Positions 48,438 to 61,249 of a DNA stretch of 64,000 nucleotides are shown piece by piece. The stretch comes from Azolla caroliniana (taxonomy: Eukaryota; Plantae; Polypodiophyta), in the NCBI GenBank assembly GCA_043228905.1, contig JBHGNT010000014.1, positions 3,472,001-3,536,000 of the forward strand, given 5' to 3'. The notes under the pieces were generated by a model. The model saw only the letters and a list, made by a program, of their open reading frames with translations, searched no databases and was not told the origin of the DNA. The position numbers and the translations under genes were made by a program. Numbering within the stretch: position 1 is the stretch's first letter; each line of letters opens with the position of its first letter.

Positions 48438-48716
48438 TTTTTGCTTCGAGTCGTGTTCTTTTCGTGCACAGTACAGGGATGGGTGACCACCCGGGAAGTC
48501 CTGGGCACGGGTTGCGTTCTTTTCCCGCCGGAGCCGTTCCCGTGCGCGTGGGCCTCTTGGCATTCGTAGAGGCGGACGAGAGCATAGGATGGGTGACGCG
48601 TAATGGGGGGCATTGTCATTCGGTGTGGGTTGAGAGTGTCATCCGTATCAACGAGAGGGCGTAAGAGGCTTTATGGGGTGGGCATGAGTGGCGAGGTTCG
48701 AATCCGGGCAGGGGAT

Positions 48717-48747
<31 letters not shown>

Positions 48748-48910
48748 GTCTTTCTCTAGGATCCAAAGCCTTAGCCTTAGCCTTCGCCGGCGCCCGTCGC
48801 GCGTGCGGTTGGGACGGTGACGTGGTGGGTCCCTCGATCTTAGTTGTCCTCGTAGAGCATTTTTGTGTAGGTTGGCATAGCATTAGTACCTCGGAACGCA
48901 GGGCACTGTC

Positions 48911-49029
48911 GTGGTGCGGTCATACCAGCGCTAATACACCGGATCCCATCAGAACTCCGCAGTTAAGCGCGCTTGGGCCAGAACAGCACTGGGATGGGTG
49001 ACCTCCCGGGAAGTCCTGGTGCTGCACCC
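48911..49029 (+). rRNA. 5S rRNA (unit 84)
   Basis: T+77C. Confidence 0.92.
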
Positions 49030-49308
49030 TTTTTGCTTCGAGTCGTGTTCTTTTCGTGCACAGTACAGGGATGGGTGACCACCCGGGAAGTCCTGGGCAC
49101 GGGTTGCGTTCTTTTCCCGCCGGAGCCGTTCCCGTGCGCGTGGGCCTCTTGGCATTCGTAGAGGCGGACGAGAGCATAGGATGGGTGACGCGTAATGGGG
49201 GGCATTGTCATTCGGTGTGGGTTGAGAGTGTCATCCGTATCAACGAGAGGGCGTAAGAGGCTTTATGGGGTGGGCATGAGTGGCGAGGTTCGAATCCGGG
49301 CAGGGGAT

Positions 49309-49339
<31 letters not shown>

Positions 49340-49502
49340 GTCTTTCTCTAGGATCCAAAGCCTTAGCCTTAGCCTTCGCCGGCGCCCGTCGCGCGTGCGG
49401 TTGGGACGGTGACGTGGTGGGTCCCTCGATCTTAGTTGTCCTCGTAGAGCATTTTTGTGTAGGTTGGCATAGCATTAGTACCTCGGAACGCAGGGCACTG
49501 TC

Positions 49503-49621
49503 GTGGTGCGGTCATACCAGCGCTAATACACCGGATCCCATCAGAACTCCGCAGTTAAGCGCGCTTGGGCCAGAACAGTACTGGGATGGGTGACCTCCCG
49601 GGAAGTCCTGGTGCTGCACCC
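49503..49621 (+). rRNA. 5S rRNA (unit 85)
   Basis: Consensus copy. Confidence 0.97.
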
Positions 49622-49900
49622 TTTTTGCTTCGAGTCGTGTTCTTTTCGTGCACAGTACAGGGATGGGTGACCACCCGGGAAGTCCTGGGCACGGGTTGCG
49701 TTCTTTTCCCGCCGGAGCCGTTCCCGTGCGCGTGGGCCTCTTGGCATTCGTAGAGGCGGACGAGAGCATAGGATGGGTGACGCGTAATGGGGGGCATTGT
49801 CATTCGGTGTGGGTTGAGAGTGTCATCCGTATCAACGAGAGGGCGTAAGAGGCTTTATGGGGTGGGCATGAGTGGCGAGGTTCGAATCCGGGCAGGGGAT

Positions 49901-49931
<31 letters not shown>

Positions 49932-50094
49932 GTCTTTCTCTAGGATCCAAAGCCTTAGCCTTAGCCTTCGCCGGCGCCCGTCGCGCGTGCGGTTGGGACG
50001 GTGACGTGGTGGGTCCCTCGATCTTAGTTGTCCTCGTAGAGCATTTTTGTGTAGGTTGGCATAGCATTAGTACCTCGGAACGCAGGGCACTGTC

Positions 50095-50213
50095 GTGGTG
50101 CGGTCATACCAGCGCTAATACACCGGATCCCATCAGAACTCCGCAGTTAAGCGCGCTTGGGCCAGAACAGTACTGGGATGGGTGACCTCCCGGGAAGTCC
50201 TGGTGCTGCACCC
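50095..50213 (+). rRNA. 5S rRNA (unit 86)
   Basis: Consensus copy. Confidence 0.97.
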
Positions 50214-50682
50214 TTTTTGCTTCGAGTCGTGTTCTTTTCGTGCACAGTACAGGGATGGGTGACCACCCGGGAAGTCCTGGGCACGGGTTGCGTTCTTTTC
50301 CCGCCGGAGCCGTTCCCGTGCGCGTGGGCCTCTTGGCATTCGTAGAGGCGGACGAGAGCATAGGATGGGTGACGCGTAATGGGGGGCATTGTCATTCGGT
50401 GTGGGTTGAGAGTGTCATCCGTATCAACGAGAGGGCGTAAGAGGCTTTATGGGGTGGGCATGAGTGGCGAGGTTCGAATCCGGGCAGGGGATATATATAT
50501 ATATATATATATACATGTAGTCTTTCTCTAGGATCCAAAGCCTTAGCCTTAGCCTTCGCCGGCGCCCGTCGCGCGTGCGGTTGGGACGGTGACGTGGTGG
50601 GTCCCTCGATCTTAGTTGTCCTCGTAGAGCATTTTTGTGTAGGTTGGCATAGCATTAGTACCTCGGAACGCAGGGCATTGTC

Positions 50683-50801
50683 GTGGTGCGGTCATACCAG
50701 CGCTAATACACCGGATCCCATCAGAACTCCGCAGTTAAGCGCGCTTGGGCCAGAACAGCACTGGGATGGGTGACCTCCCGGGAAGTCCTGGTGCTGCACC
50801 C
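50683..50801 (+). rRNA. 5S rRNA (unit 87)
   Basis: T+77C. Confidence 0.92.
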
Positions 50802-51078
50802 TTTTTGCTTCGAGTCGTGTTCTTTTCGTGCACAGTACAGGGATGGGTGACCACCCGGGAAGTCCTGGGCACGGGTTGCGTTCTTTTCCCGCCGGAGCCG
50901 TTCCCGTGCGCGTGGGCCTCTTGGCATTCGTAGAGGCGGACGAGAGCATAGGATGGGTGACGCGTAATGGGGGGCATTGTCATTCGGTGTGGGTTGAGAG
51001 TGTCATCCGTATCAACGAGAGGGCGTAAGAGGCTTTATGGGGTGGGCATGAGTGGCGAGGTTCGAATCCGGGCAGGGG

Positions 51079-51109
<31 letters not shown>

Positions 51110-51272
51110 GTCTTTCTCTAGGATCCAAAGCCTTAGCCTTAGCCTTCGCCGGCGCCCGTCGCGCGTGCGGTTGGGACGGTGACGTGGTGGGTCCCTCGAT
51201 CTTAGTTGTCCTCGTAGAGCATTTTTGTGTAGGTTGGCATAGCATTAGTACCTCGGAACGCAGGGCATTGTC

Positions 51273-51391
51273 GTGGTGCCGTCATACCAGCGCTAATACA
51301 CCGGATCCCATCAGAACTCCGCAGTTAAGCGCGCTTGGGCCAGAACAGTACTGGGATGGGTGACCTCCCGGGAAGTCCTGGTGCTGCACCC
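51273..51391 (+). rRNA. 5S rRNA (unit 88)
   Basis: G+8C. Confidence 0.92.
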
Positions 51392-51668
51392 TTTTTGCTT
51401 CGAGTCGTGTTCTTTTCGTGCACAGTACAGGGATGGGTGACCACCCGGGAAGTCCTGGGCACGGGTTGCGTTCTTTTCCCGCCGGAGCCGTTCCCGTGCG
51501 CGTGGGCCTCTTGGCATTCGTAGAGGCGGACGAGAGCATAGGATGGGTGACGCGTAATGGGGGGCATTGTCATTCGGTGTGGGTTGAGAGTGTCATCCGT
51601 ATCAACGAGAGGGCGTAAGAGGCTTTATGGGGTGGGCATGAGTGGCGAGGTTCGAATCCGGGCAGGGG

Positions 51669-51699
<31 letters not shown>

Positions 51700-51862
51700 G
51701 TCTTTCTCTAGGATCCAAAGCCTTAGCCTTAGCCTTCGCCGGCGCCCGTCGCGCGTGCGGTTGGGACGGTGACGTGGTGGGTCCCTCGATCTTAGTTGTC
51801 CTCGTAGAGCATTTTTGTGTAGGTTGGCATAGCATTAGTACCTCGGAACGCAGGGCACTGTC

Positions 51863-51981
51863 GTGGTGCGGTCATACCAGCGCTAATACACCGGATCCCA
51901 TCAGAACCCCGCAGTTAAGCGCGCTTGGGCCAGAACAGTACTGGGATGGGTGACCTCCCGGGAAGTCCTGGTGCTGCACCC
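51863..51981 (+). rRNA. 5S rRNA (unit 89)
   Basis: T+46C. Confidence 0.92.
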
Positions 51982-52450
51982 TTTTTGCTTCGAGTCGTGT
52001 TCTTTTCGTGCACAGTACAGGGATGGGTGACCACCCGGGAAGTCCTGGGCACGGGTTGCGTTCTTTTCCCGCCGGAGCCGTTCCCGTGCGCGTGGGCCTC
52101 TTGGCATTCGTAGAGGCGGACGAGAGCATAGGATGGGTGACGCGTAATGGGGGGCATTGTCATTCGGTGTGGGTTGAGAGTGTCATCCGTATCAACGAGA
52201 GGGCGTAAGAGGCTTTATGGGGTGGGCATGAGTGGCGAGGTTCGAATCCGGGCAGGGGATATATATATATATATATATATACATGTAGTCTTTCTCTAGG
52301 ATCCAAAGCCTTAGCCTTAGCCTTCGCCGGCGCCCGTCGCGCGTGCGGTTGGGACGGTGACGTGGTGGGTCCCTCGATCTTAGTTGTCCTCGTAGAGCAT
52401 TTTTGTGTAGGTTGGCATAGCATTAGTACCTCGGAACGCAGGGCACTGTC

Positions 52451-52569
52451 GTGGTGCGGTCATACCAGCGCTAATACACCGGATCCCATCAGAACTCTGC
52501 AGTTAAGCGCGCTTGGGCCAGAACAGCACTGGGATGGGTGACCTCCCGGGAAGTCCTGGTGCTGCACCC
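52451..52569 (+). rRNA. 5S rRNA (unit 90)
   Basis: C+48T and T+77C. Confidence 0.9.
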
Positions 52570-52846
52570 TTTTTGCTTCGAGTCGTGTTCTTTTCGTGCA
52601 CAGTACAGGGATGGGTGACCACCCGGGAAGTCCTGGGCACGGGTTGCGTTCTTTTCCCGCCGGAGCCGTTCCCGTGCGCGTGGGCCTCTTGGCATTCGTA
52701 GAGGCGGACGAGAGCATAGGATGGGTGACGCGTAATGGGGGGCATTGTCATTCGGTGTGGGTTGAGAGTGTCATCCGTATCAACGAGAGGGCGTAAGAGG
52801 CTTTATGGGGTGGGCATGAGTGGCGAGGTTCGAATCCGGGCAGGGG

Positions 52847-52877
<31 letters not shown>

Positions 52878-53040
52878 GTCTTTCTCTAGGATCCAAAGCC
52901 TTAGCCTTAGCCTTCGCCGGCGCCCGTCGCGCGTGCGGTTGGGACGGTGACGTGGTGGGTCCCTCGATCTTAGTTGTCCTCGTAGAGCATTTTTGTGTAG
53001 GTTGGCATAGCATTAGTACCTCGGAACGCAGGGCACTGTC

Positions 53041-53159
53041 GTGGTGCGGTCATACCAGCGCTAATACACCGGATCCCATCAGAACTCCGCAGTTAAGCGC
53101 GCTTGGGCCAGAACAGTACTGGGATGGGTGACCTCCCGGGAAGTCCTGGTGCTGCACCC
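53041..53159 (+). rRNA. 5S rRNA (unit 91)
   Basis: Consensus copy. Confidence 0.97.
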
Positions 53160-53616
53160 TTTTTGCTTCGAGTCGTGTTCTTTTCGTGCACAGTACAGGG
53201 ATGGGTGACCACCCGGGAAGTCCTGGGCACGGGTTGCGTTCTTTTCCCGCCGGAGCCGTTCCCGTGCGCGTGGGCCTCTTGGCATTCGTAGAGGCGGACG
53301 AGAGCATAGGATGGGTGACGCGTAATGGGGGGCATTGTCATTCGGTGTGGGTTGAGAGTGTCATCCGTATCAACGAGAGGGCGTAAGAGGCTTTATGGGG
53401 TGGGCATGAGTGGCGAGGTTCGAATCCGGGCAGGGGATATATATATACATGTAGTCTTTCTCTAGGATCCAAAGCCTTAGCCTTAGCCTTCGCCGGCGCC
53501 CGTCGCGCGTGCGGTTGGGACGGTGACGTGGTGGGTCCCTCGATCTTAGTTGTCCTCGTAGAGCATTTTTGTGTAGGTTGGCATAGCATTAGTACCTCGG
53601 AACGCAGGGCATTGTC

Positions 53617-53735
53617 GTGGTGCGGTCATACCAGCGCTAATACACCGGATCCCATCAGAACTCCGCAGTTAAGCGCGCTTGGGCCAGAACAGTACTGGGA
53701 TGGGTGACCTACCGGGAAGTCCTGGTGCTGCACCC
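53617..53735 (+). rRNA. 5S rRNA (unit 92)
   Basis: C+95A. Confidence 0.92.
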
Positions 53736-54014
53736 TTTTTGCTTCGAGTCGTGTTCTTTTCGTGCACAGTACAGGGATGGGTGACCACCCGGGAAGTCCT
53801 GGGCACGGGTTGCGTTCTTTTCCCGCCGGAGCCGTTCCCGTGCGCGTGGGCCTCTTGGCATTCGTAGAGGCGGACGAGAGCATAGGATGGGTGACGCGTA
53901 ATGGGGGGCATTGTCATTCGGTGTGGGTTGAGAGTGTCATCCGTATCAACGAGAGGGCGTAAGAGGCTTTATGGGGTGGGCATGAGTGGCGAGGTTCGAA
54001 TCCGGGCAGGGGAT

Positions 54015-54045
<31 letters not shown>

Positions 54046-54208
54046 GTCTTTCTCTAGGATCCAAAGCCTTAGCCTTAGCCTTCGCCGGCGCCCGTCGCGC
54101 GTGCGGTTGGGACGGTGACGTGGTGGGTCCCTCGATCTTAGTTGTCCTCGTAGAGCATTTTTGTGTAGGTTGGCATAGCATTAGTACCTCGGAACGCAGG
54201 GCATTGTC

Positions 54209-54327
54209 GTGGTGCCGTCATACCAGCGCTAATACACCGGATCCCATCAGAACTCCGCAGTTAAGCGCGCTTGGGCCAGAACAGTACTGGGATGGGTGAC
54301 CTCCCGGGAAGTCCTGGTGCTGCACCC
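54209..54327 (+). rRNA. 5S rRNA (unit 93)
   Basis: G+8C. Confidence 0.92.
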
Positions 54328-54606
54328 TTTTTGCTTCGAGTCGTGTTCTTTTCGTGCACAGTACAGGGATGGGTGACCACCCGGGAAGTCCTGGGCACGG
54401 GTTGCGTTCTTTTCCCGCCGGAGCCGTTCCCGTGCGCGTGGGCCTCTTGGCATTCGTAGAGGCGGACGAGAGCATAGGATGGGTGACGCGTAATGGGGGG
54501 CATTGTCATTCGGTGTGGGTTGAGAGTGTCATCCGTATCAACGAGAGGGCGTAAGAGGCTTTATGGGGTGGGCATGAGTGGCGAGGTTCGAATCCGGGCA
54601 GGGGAT

Positions 54607-54637
<31 letters not shown>

Positions 54638-54800
54638 GTCTTTCTCTAGGATCCAAAGCCTTAGCCTTAGCCTTCGCCGGCGCCCGTCGCGCGTGCGGTT
54701 GGGACGGTGACGTGGTGGGTCCCTCGATCTTAGTTGTCCTCGTAGAGCATTTTTGTGTAGGTTGGCATAGCATTAGTACCTCGGAACGCAGGGCACTGTC

Positions 54801-54919
54801 GTGGTGCGGTCATACCAGCGCTAATACACCGGATCCCATCAGAACTCCGCAGTTAAGCGCGCTTGGGCCAGAACAGTACTGGGATGGGTGACCTCCCGGG
54901 AAGTCCTGGTGCTGCACCC
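54801..54919 (+). rRNA. 5S rRNA (unit 94)
   Basis: Consensus copy. Confidence 0.97.
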
Positions 54920-55196
54920 TTTTTGCTTCGAGTCGTGTTCTTTTCGTGCACAGTACAGGGATGGGTGACCACCCGGGAAGTCCTGGGCACGGGTTGCGTT
55001 CTTTTCCCGCCGGAGCCGTTCCCGTGCGCGTGGGCCTCTTGGCATTCGTAGAGGCGGACGAGAGCATAGGATGGGTGACGCGTAATGGGGGGCATTGTCA
55101 TTCGGTGTGGGTTGAGAGTGTCATCCGTATCAACGAGAGGGCGTAAGAGGCTTTATGGGGTGGGCATGAGTGGCGAGGTTCGAATCCGGGCAGGGG

Positions 55197-55227
<31 letters not shown>

Positions 55228-55390
55228 GTCTTTCTCTAGGATCCAAAGCCTTAGCCTTAGCCTTCGCCGGCGCCCGTCGCGCGTGCGGTTGGGACGGTGA
55301 CGTGGTGGGTCCCTCGATCTTAGTTGTCCTCGTAGAGCATTTTTGTGTAGGTTGGCATAGCATTAGTACCTCGGAACGCAGGGCACTGTC

Positions 55391-55509
55391 GTGGTGCGGT
55401 CATACCAGCGCTAATACACCGGATCCCATCAGAACTCTGCAGTTAAGCGCGCTTGGGCCAGAACAGCACTGGGATGGGTGACCTCCCGGGAAGTCCTGGT
55501 GCTGCACCC
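55391..55509 (+). rRNA. 5S rRNA (unit 95)
   Basis: C+48T and T+77C. Confidence 0.9.
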
Positions 55510-55966
55510 TTTTTGCTTCGAGTCGTGTTCTTTTCGTGCACAGTACAGGGATGGGTGACCACCCGGGAAGTCCTGGGCACGGGTTGCGTTCTTTTCCCGC
55601 CGGAGCCGTTCCCGTGCGCGTGGGCCTCTTGGCATTCGTAGAGGCGGACGAGAGCATAGGATGGGTGACGCGTAATGGGGGGCATTGTCATTCGGTGTGG
55701 GTTGAGAGTGTCATCCGTATCAACGAGAGGGCGTAAGAGGCTTTATGGGGTGGGCATGAGTGGCGAGGTTCGAATCCGGGCAGGGGATATATATATACAT
55801 GTAGTCTTTCTCTAGGATCCAAAGCCTTAGCCTTAGCCTTCGCCGGCGCCCGTCGCGCGTGCGGTTGGGACGGTGACGTGGTGGGTCCCTCGATCTTAGT
55901 TGTCCTCGTAGAGCATTTTTGTGTAGGTTGGCATAGCATTAGTACCTCGGAACGCAGGGCATTGTC

Positions 55967-56085
55967 GTGGTGCGGTCATACCAGCGCTAATACACCGGAT
56001 CCCATCAGAACTCCGCAGTTAAGCGCGCTTGGGCCAGAACAGTACTGGGATGGGTGACCTACCGGGAAGTCCTGGTGCTGCACCC
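55967..56085 (+). rRNA. 5S rRNA (unit 96)
   Basis: C+95A. Confidence 0.92.
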
Positions 56086-56364
56086 TTTTTGCTTCGAGTC
56101 GTGTTCTTTTCGTGCACAGTACAGGGATGGGTGACCACCCGGGAAGTCCTGGGCACGGGTTGCGTTCTTTTCCCGCCGGAGCCGTTCCCGTGCGCGTGGG
56201 CCTCTTGGCATTCGTAGAGGCGGACGAGAGCATAGGATGGGTGACGCGTAATGGGGGGCATTGTCATTCGGTGTGGGTTGAGAGTGTCATCCGTATCAAC
56301 GAGAGGGCGTAAGAGGCTTTATGGGGTGGGCATGAGTGGCGAGGTTCGAATCCGGGCAGGGGAT

Positions 56365-56395
<31 letters not shown>

Positions 56396-56558
56396 GTCTT
56401 TCTCTAGGATCCAAAGCCTTAGCCTTAGCCTTCGCCGGCGCCCGTCGCGCGTGCGGTTGGGACGGTGACGTGGTGGGTCCCTCGATCTTAGTTGTCCTCG
56501 TAGAGCATTTTTGTGTAGGTTGGCATAGCATTAGTACCTCGGAACGCAGGGCATTGTC

Positions 56559-56677
56559 GTGGTGCCGTCATACCAGCGCTAATACACCGGATCCCATCAG
56601 AACTCCGCAGTTAAGCGCGCTTGGGCCAGAACAGTACTGGGATGGGTGACCTCCCGGGAAGTCCTGGTGCTGCACCC
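56559..56677 (+). rRNA. 5S rRNA (unit 97)
   Basis: G+8C. Confidence 0.92.
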
Positions 56678-57134
56678 TTTTTGCTTCGAGTCGTGTTCTT
56701 TTCGTGCACAGTACAGGGATGGGTGACCACCCGGGAAGTCCTGGGCACGGGTTGCGTTCTTTTCCCGCCGGAGCCGTTCCCGTGCGCGTGGGCCTCTTGG
56801 CATTCGTAGAGGCGGACGAGAGCATAGGATGGGTGACGCGTAATGGGGGGCATTGTCATTCGGTGTGGGTTGAGAGTGTCATCCGTATCAACGAGAGGGC
56901 GTAAGAGGCTTTATGGGGTGGGCATGAGTGGCGAGGTTCGAATCCGGGCAGGGGATATATATATACATGTAGTCTTTCTCTAGGATCCAAAGCCTTAGCC
57001 TTAGCCTTCGCCGGCGCCCGTCGCGCGTGCGGTTGGGACGGTGACGTGGTGGGTCCCTCGATCTTAGTTGTCCTCGTAGAGCATTTTTGTGTAGGTTGGC
57101 ATAGCATTAGTACCTCGGAACGCAGGGCACTGTC

Positions 57135-57253
57135 GTGGCGCGGTCATACCAGCGCTAATACACCGGATCCCATCAGAACTCCGCAGTTAAGCGCGCTTGG
57201 GCCAGAACAGTACTGGGATGGGTGACCTCCCGGGAAGTCCTGGTGCTGCACCC
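57135..57253 (+). rRNA. 5S rRNA (unit 98)
   Basis: T+5C. Confidence 0.92.
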
Positions 57254-57532
57254 TTTTTGCTTCGAGTCGTGTTCTTTTCGTGCACAGTACAGGGATGGGT
57301 GACCACCCGGGAAGTCCTGGGCACGGGTTGCGTTCTTTTCCCGCCGGAGCCGTTCCCGTGCGCGTGGGCCTCTTGGCATTCGTAGAGGCGGACGAGAGCA
57401 TAGGATGGGTGACGCGTAATGGGGGGCATTGTCATTCGGTGTGGGTTGAGAGTGTCATCCGTATCAACGAGAGGGCGTAAGAGGCTTTATGGGGTGGGCA
57501 TGAGTGGCGAGGTTCGAATCCGGGCAGGGGAT

Positions 57533-57563
<31 letters not shown>

Positions 57564-57726
57564 GTCTTTCTCTAGGATCCAAAGCCTTAGCCTTAGCCTT
57601 CGCCGGCGCCCGTCGCGCGTGCGGTTGGGACGGTGACGTGGTGGGTCCCTCGATCTTAGTTGTCCTCGTAGAGCATTTTTGTGTAGGTTGGCATAGCATT
57701 AGTACCTCGGAACGCAGGGCACTGTC

Positions 57727-57845
57727 GTGGTGCGGTCATACCAGCGCTAATACACCGGATCCCATCAGAACTCCGCAGTTAAGCGCGCTTGGGCCAGAAC
57801 AGTACTGGGATGGGTGACCTCCCGGGAAGTCCTGGTGCTGCACCC
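57727..57845 (+). rRNA. 5S rRNA (unit 99)
   Basis: Consensus copy. Confidence 0.97.
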
Positions 57846-58124
57846 TTTTTGCTTCGAGTCGTGTTCTTTTCGTGCACAGTACAGGGATGGGTGACCACCC
57901 GGGAAGTCCTGGGCACGGGTTGCGTTCTTTTCCCGCCGGAGCCGTTCCCGTGCGCGTGGGCCTCTTGGCATTCGTAGAGGCGGACGAGAGCATAGGATGG
58001 GTGACGCGTAATGGGGGGCATTGTCATTCGGTGTGGGTTGAGAGTGTCATCCGTATCAACGAGAGGGCGTAAGAGGCTTTATGGGGTGGGCATGAGTGGC
58101 GAGGTTCGAATCCGGGCAGGGGAT

Positions 58125-58155
<31 letters not shown>

Positions 58156-58318
58156 GTCTTTCTCTAGGATCCAAAGCCTTAGCCTTAGCCTTCGCCGGCG
58201 CCCGTCGCGCGTGCGGTTGGGACGGTGACGTGGTGGGTCCCTCGATCTTAGTTGTCCTCGTAGAGCATTTTTGTGTAGGTTGGCATAGCATTAGTACCTC
58301 GGAACGCAGGGCACTGTC

Positions 58319-58437
58319 GTGGTGCGGTCATACCAGCGCTAATACACCGGATCCCATCAGAACTCCGCAGTTAAGCGCGCTTGGGCCAGAACAGTACTGG
58401 GATGGGTGACCTCCCGGGAAGTCCTGGTGCTGCACCC
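58319..58437 (+). rRNA. 5S rRNA (unit 100)
   Basis: Consensus copy. Confidence 0.97.
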
Positions 58438-58906
58438 TTTTTGCTTCGAGTCGTGTTCTTTTCGTGCACAGTACAGGGATGGGTGACCACCCGGGAAGTC
58501 CTGGGCACGGGTTGCGTTCTTTTCCCGCCGGAGCCGTTCCCGTGCGCGTGGGCCTCTTGGCATTCGTAGAGGCGGACGAGAGCATAGGATGGGTGACGCG
58601 TAATGGGGGGCATTGTCATTCGGTGTGGGTTGAGAGTGTCATCCGTATCAACGAGAGGGCGTAAGAGGCTTTATGGGGTGGGCATGAGTGGCGAGGTTCG
58701 AATCCGGGCAGGGGATATATATATATATATATATATACATGTAGTCTTTCTCTAGGATCCAAAGCCTTAGCCTTAGCCTTCGCCGGCGCCCGTCGCGCGT
58801 GCGGTTGGGACGGTGACGTGGTGGGTCCCTCGATCTTAGTTGTCCTCGTAGAGCATTTTTGTGTAGGTTGGCATAGCATTAGTACCTCGGAACGCAGGGC
58901 ACTGTC

Positions 58907-59025
58907 GTGGTGCGGTCATACCAGCGCTAATACACCGGATCCCATCAGAACTCCGCAGTTAAGGGCGCTTGGGCCAGAACAGTACTGGGATGGGTGACCT
59001 CCCGGGAAGTCCTGGTGCTGCACCC
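58907..59025 (+). rRNA. 5S rRNA variant (unit 101), first unit of the terminal subfamily
   Basis: C+58G in Box A. Confidence 0.85.
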
Positions 59026-59494
59026 TTTTTGCTTCGAGTCGTGTTCTTTTCGTGCACAGTACTGGGATGGGTGACCTCCCGGGAAGTCCTGGGCACGGGT
59101 TGCGTTCTTTTCCCGCCGGAGCCGTTCCCGTGCGCGTGGGCCTCTTGGCATTCGTAGAGGCGGACGAGAGCATAGGATGGGTGACGCGTAATGAGGGGCA
59201 TTGTCATTCGGTGTGGGTTGAGAGTGTCATCCGTATCACCGAGAGGGCGTAAGAGGCTTTATGGGGTGGGCATGAGTGGCGAGGTTCGAATCCGGGCAGG
59301 GGATATATATATATATATATATGTACATGTAGTCTTTCTCTAGGATCCAAAGCCTTAGCCTTAGCCTTCGCCGGCGCCCGTCGCGCGTGCGGTTGGGACG
59401 GTGACGTGGTGGGTCCCTCGATCTTAGTTGTCCTCGTAGAGCATTTTTGTGTAGGTTGGCATAGCATTAGTACCTCGGAACGCAGGGCACTGTC

Positions 59495-59613
59495 GTGGTG
59501 CGGTCATACCAGCGCTAATACACCGGATCCCATCAGAACTCCGCAGTTAAGCGGGCTTGGGCCAGAACAATACTGGGATGGGTGACATCTCGGGAAGTCC
59601 TGGTGCTGCATCG
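59495..59613 (+). pseudogene. Degenerate 5S copy (unit 102)
   Basis: Multiple substitutions in Box A, loop E, helix IV and helix I. Confidence 0.75.
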
Positions 59614-60082
59614 TTTTTGCTTCGAGTCGTGTTCTTTTCGTGCACAGTACTGGGATGGGTGACCTCCCGGGAAGACCTGGGCACGGGTTGCGTTCTTTTC
59701 CCGCCGGAGCCGTTCCCGTGCGCGTGGGCCTCTTGGCATTCGTAGAGGCGGACGAGAGCATAGGATGGGTGACACGTAATGAGGGGCATTGTCATTCGGT
59801 GTGGGTTGAGAGTGTCATCCGTATCAACGAGAGGGCGTAAGAGGCTTTATGGGGTGGGCATGAGTGGCGAGGTTCGAATCCGGGCAGGGGATATATATAT
59901 ATATATATATATACATGTAGTCTTTCTCTAGGATCCAAAGCCTTAGCCTTAGCCTCCGCCGGCGCCCGTCGCGCGTGCGGTTGGGACGGTGACGTGGTGG
60001 GTCCCTCGATCTTAGTTGTCCTCGTAGAGAATATTTGTGTAGGTTGGCATAGAATTAGTACCTCGGAACGCAGGGCACTGTC

Positions 60083-60201
60083 ATGGTGGGGTCATACCAG
60101 CGCTAATACACCGGATCACATCAGAACTCCGCAGTTAAGGGCGGTTGGGCCATAACAGTACTGGGATGGGTGACCTCCCGGGAAGTCCTGGTGCTGCATC
60201 C
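60083..60201 (+). pseudogene. Degenerate 5S copy (unit 103)
   Basis: G+1A, C+7G, GGATCACA, AAGGGCGGTT, CCATAAC. Confidence 0.8.
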
Positions 60202-60670
60202 TTTTTGCTTCGAGTCGTGTTCTTTTCGTGCACAGTACTGGGATGGGTGACCTCCCGGGAAATCCTGGGCACGGGTTGCGTTCTTTTCCCGCCGGAGCCG
60301 TTCCCGTGCGCGTGGGCCTCTTGGCATTCGTAGAGGCGGACTAGAGCATAGGATGGGTGACGCGTAATGAGGGGCATTGTCATTCGGTGTGGGTTGAGAG
60401 TGTCATCCGTATCAACGAGAGGGCGTAAGAGGCTTTATGGGGTGGGCATGAGTGGCGAGGTTCGAATCCGGGCAGGGGATATATATATATATATATATGT
60501 ACATGTAGTCTTTCTCTAGGATCCAAAGCCTTAGCCTTAGCCTTCGCCGGCGCCCGTCGCGCGTGCGGTTGGGACGGTGACGTGGTGGGTCCCTCGATCT
60601 TAGTTGTCCTCGTAGAGCATTTTTGTGTAGGTTGGCATAGCATTAGTACCTCGGAACGCAGGGCACTGTC

Positions 60671-60789
60671 GTGGTGCGGTCATACCAGCGTTAATACACC
60701 GGATCGCATTAGAACTCCGCAGTTAAGCGCGCTTGGGCCAGAACAGTACTGGGATGGGTGACATCCCGGGAAGTCCTGGTGCTGCATCC
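60671..60789 (+). pseudogene. Degenerate 5S copy (unit 104)
   Basis: GCGTTA, GGATCGCATT, GACATCC, GCATCC. Confidence 0.72.
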
Positions 60790-61249
60790 TTTTTGCTTCG
60801 AGTCGTGTTCTTTTCGTGCACAGTACTGGGATGGGTGACCTCCCGGGAAGTCCTGGGCACGGGTTGCGTTCTTTTCCCGCCGGAGCCGTTCCCGTGCGCG
60901 TGGGCCTCTTGGCATTCGTAGAGGCGGACGAGAGCATAGGATGGGTGACACGTAATGAGGGGCATTGTCATTCGGTGTGGGTTGAGAGTGTCATCCGTAT
61001 CAACGAGAGGGCGTAAGAGGCTTTATGGGGTGGGCATGAGTGGCGAGGTTCGAATCCGGGCAGGGGATATATATATATATATATATATACATGTAGTCTT
61101 TCTCTAGGATCCAAAGCCTTAGCCTTAGCCTTCGCCGGCGCCCGTCGCGCGTGCGGTTGGGACGGTGACGTGGTGGGTCCCTCGATCTTAGTTGTCCTCG
61201 TAGAGAATATTTGTGTAGGTTGGCATACCTCGGAACGCAGGGCACTGTC

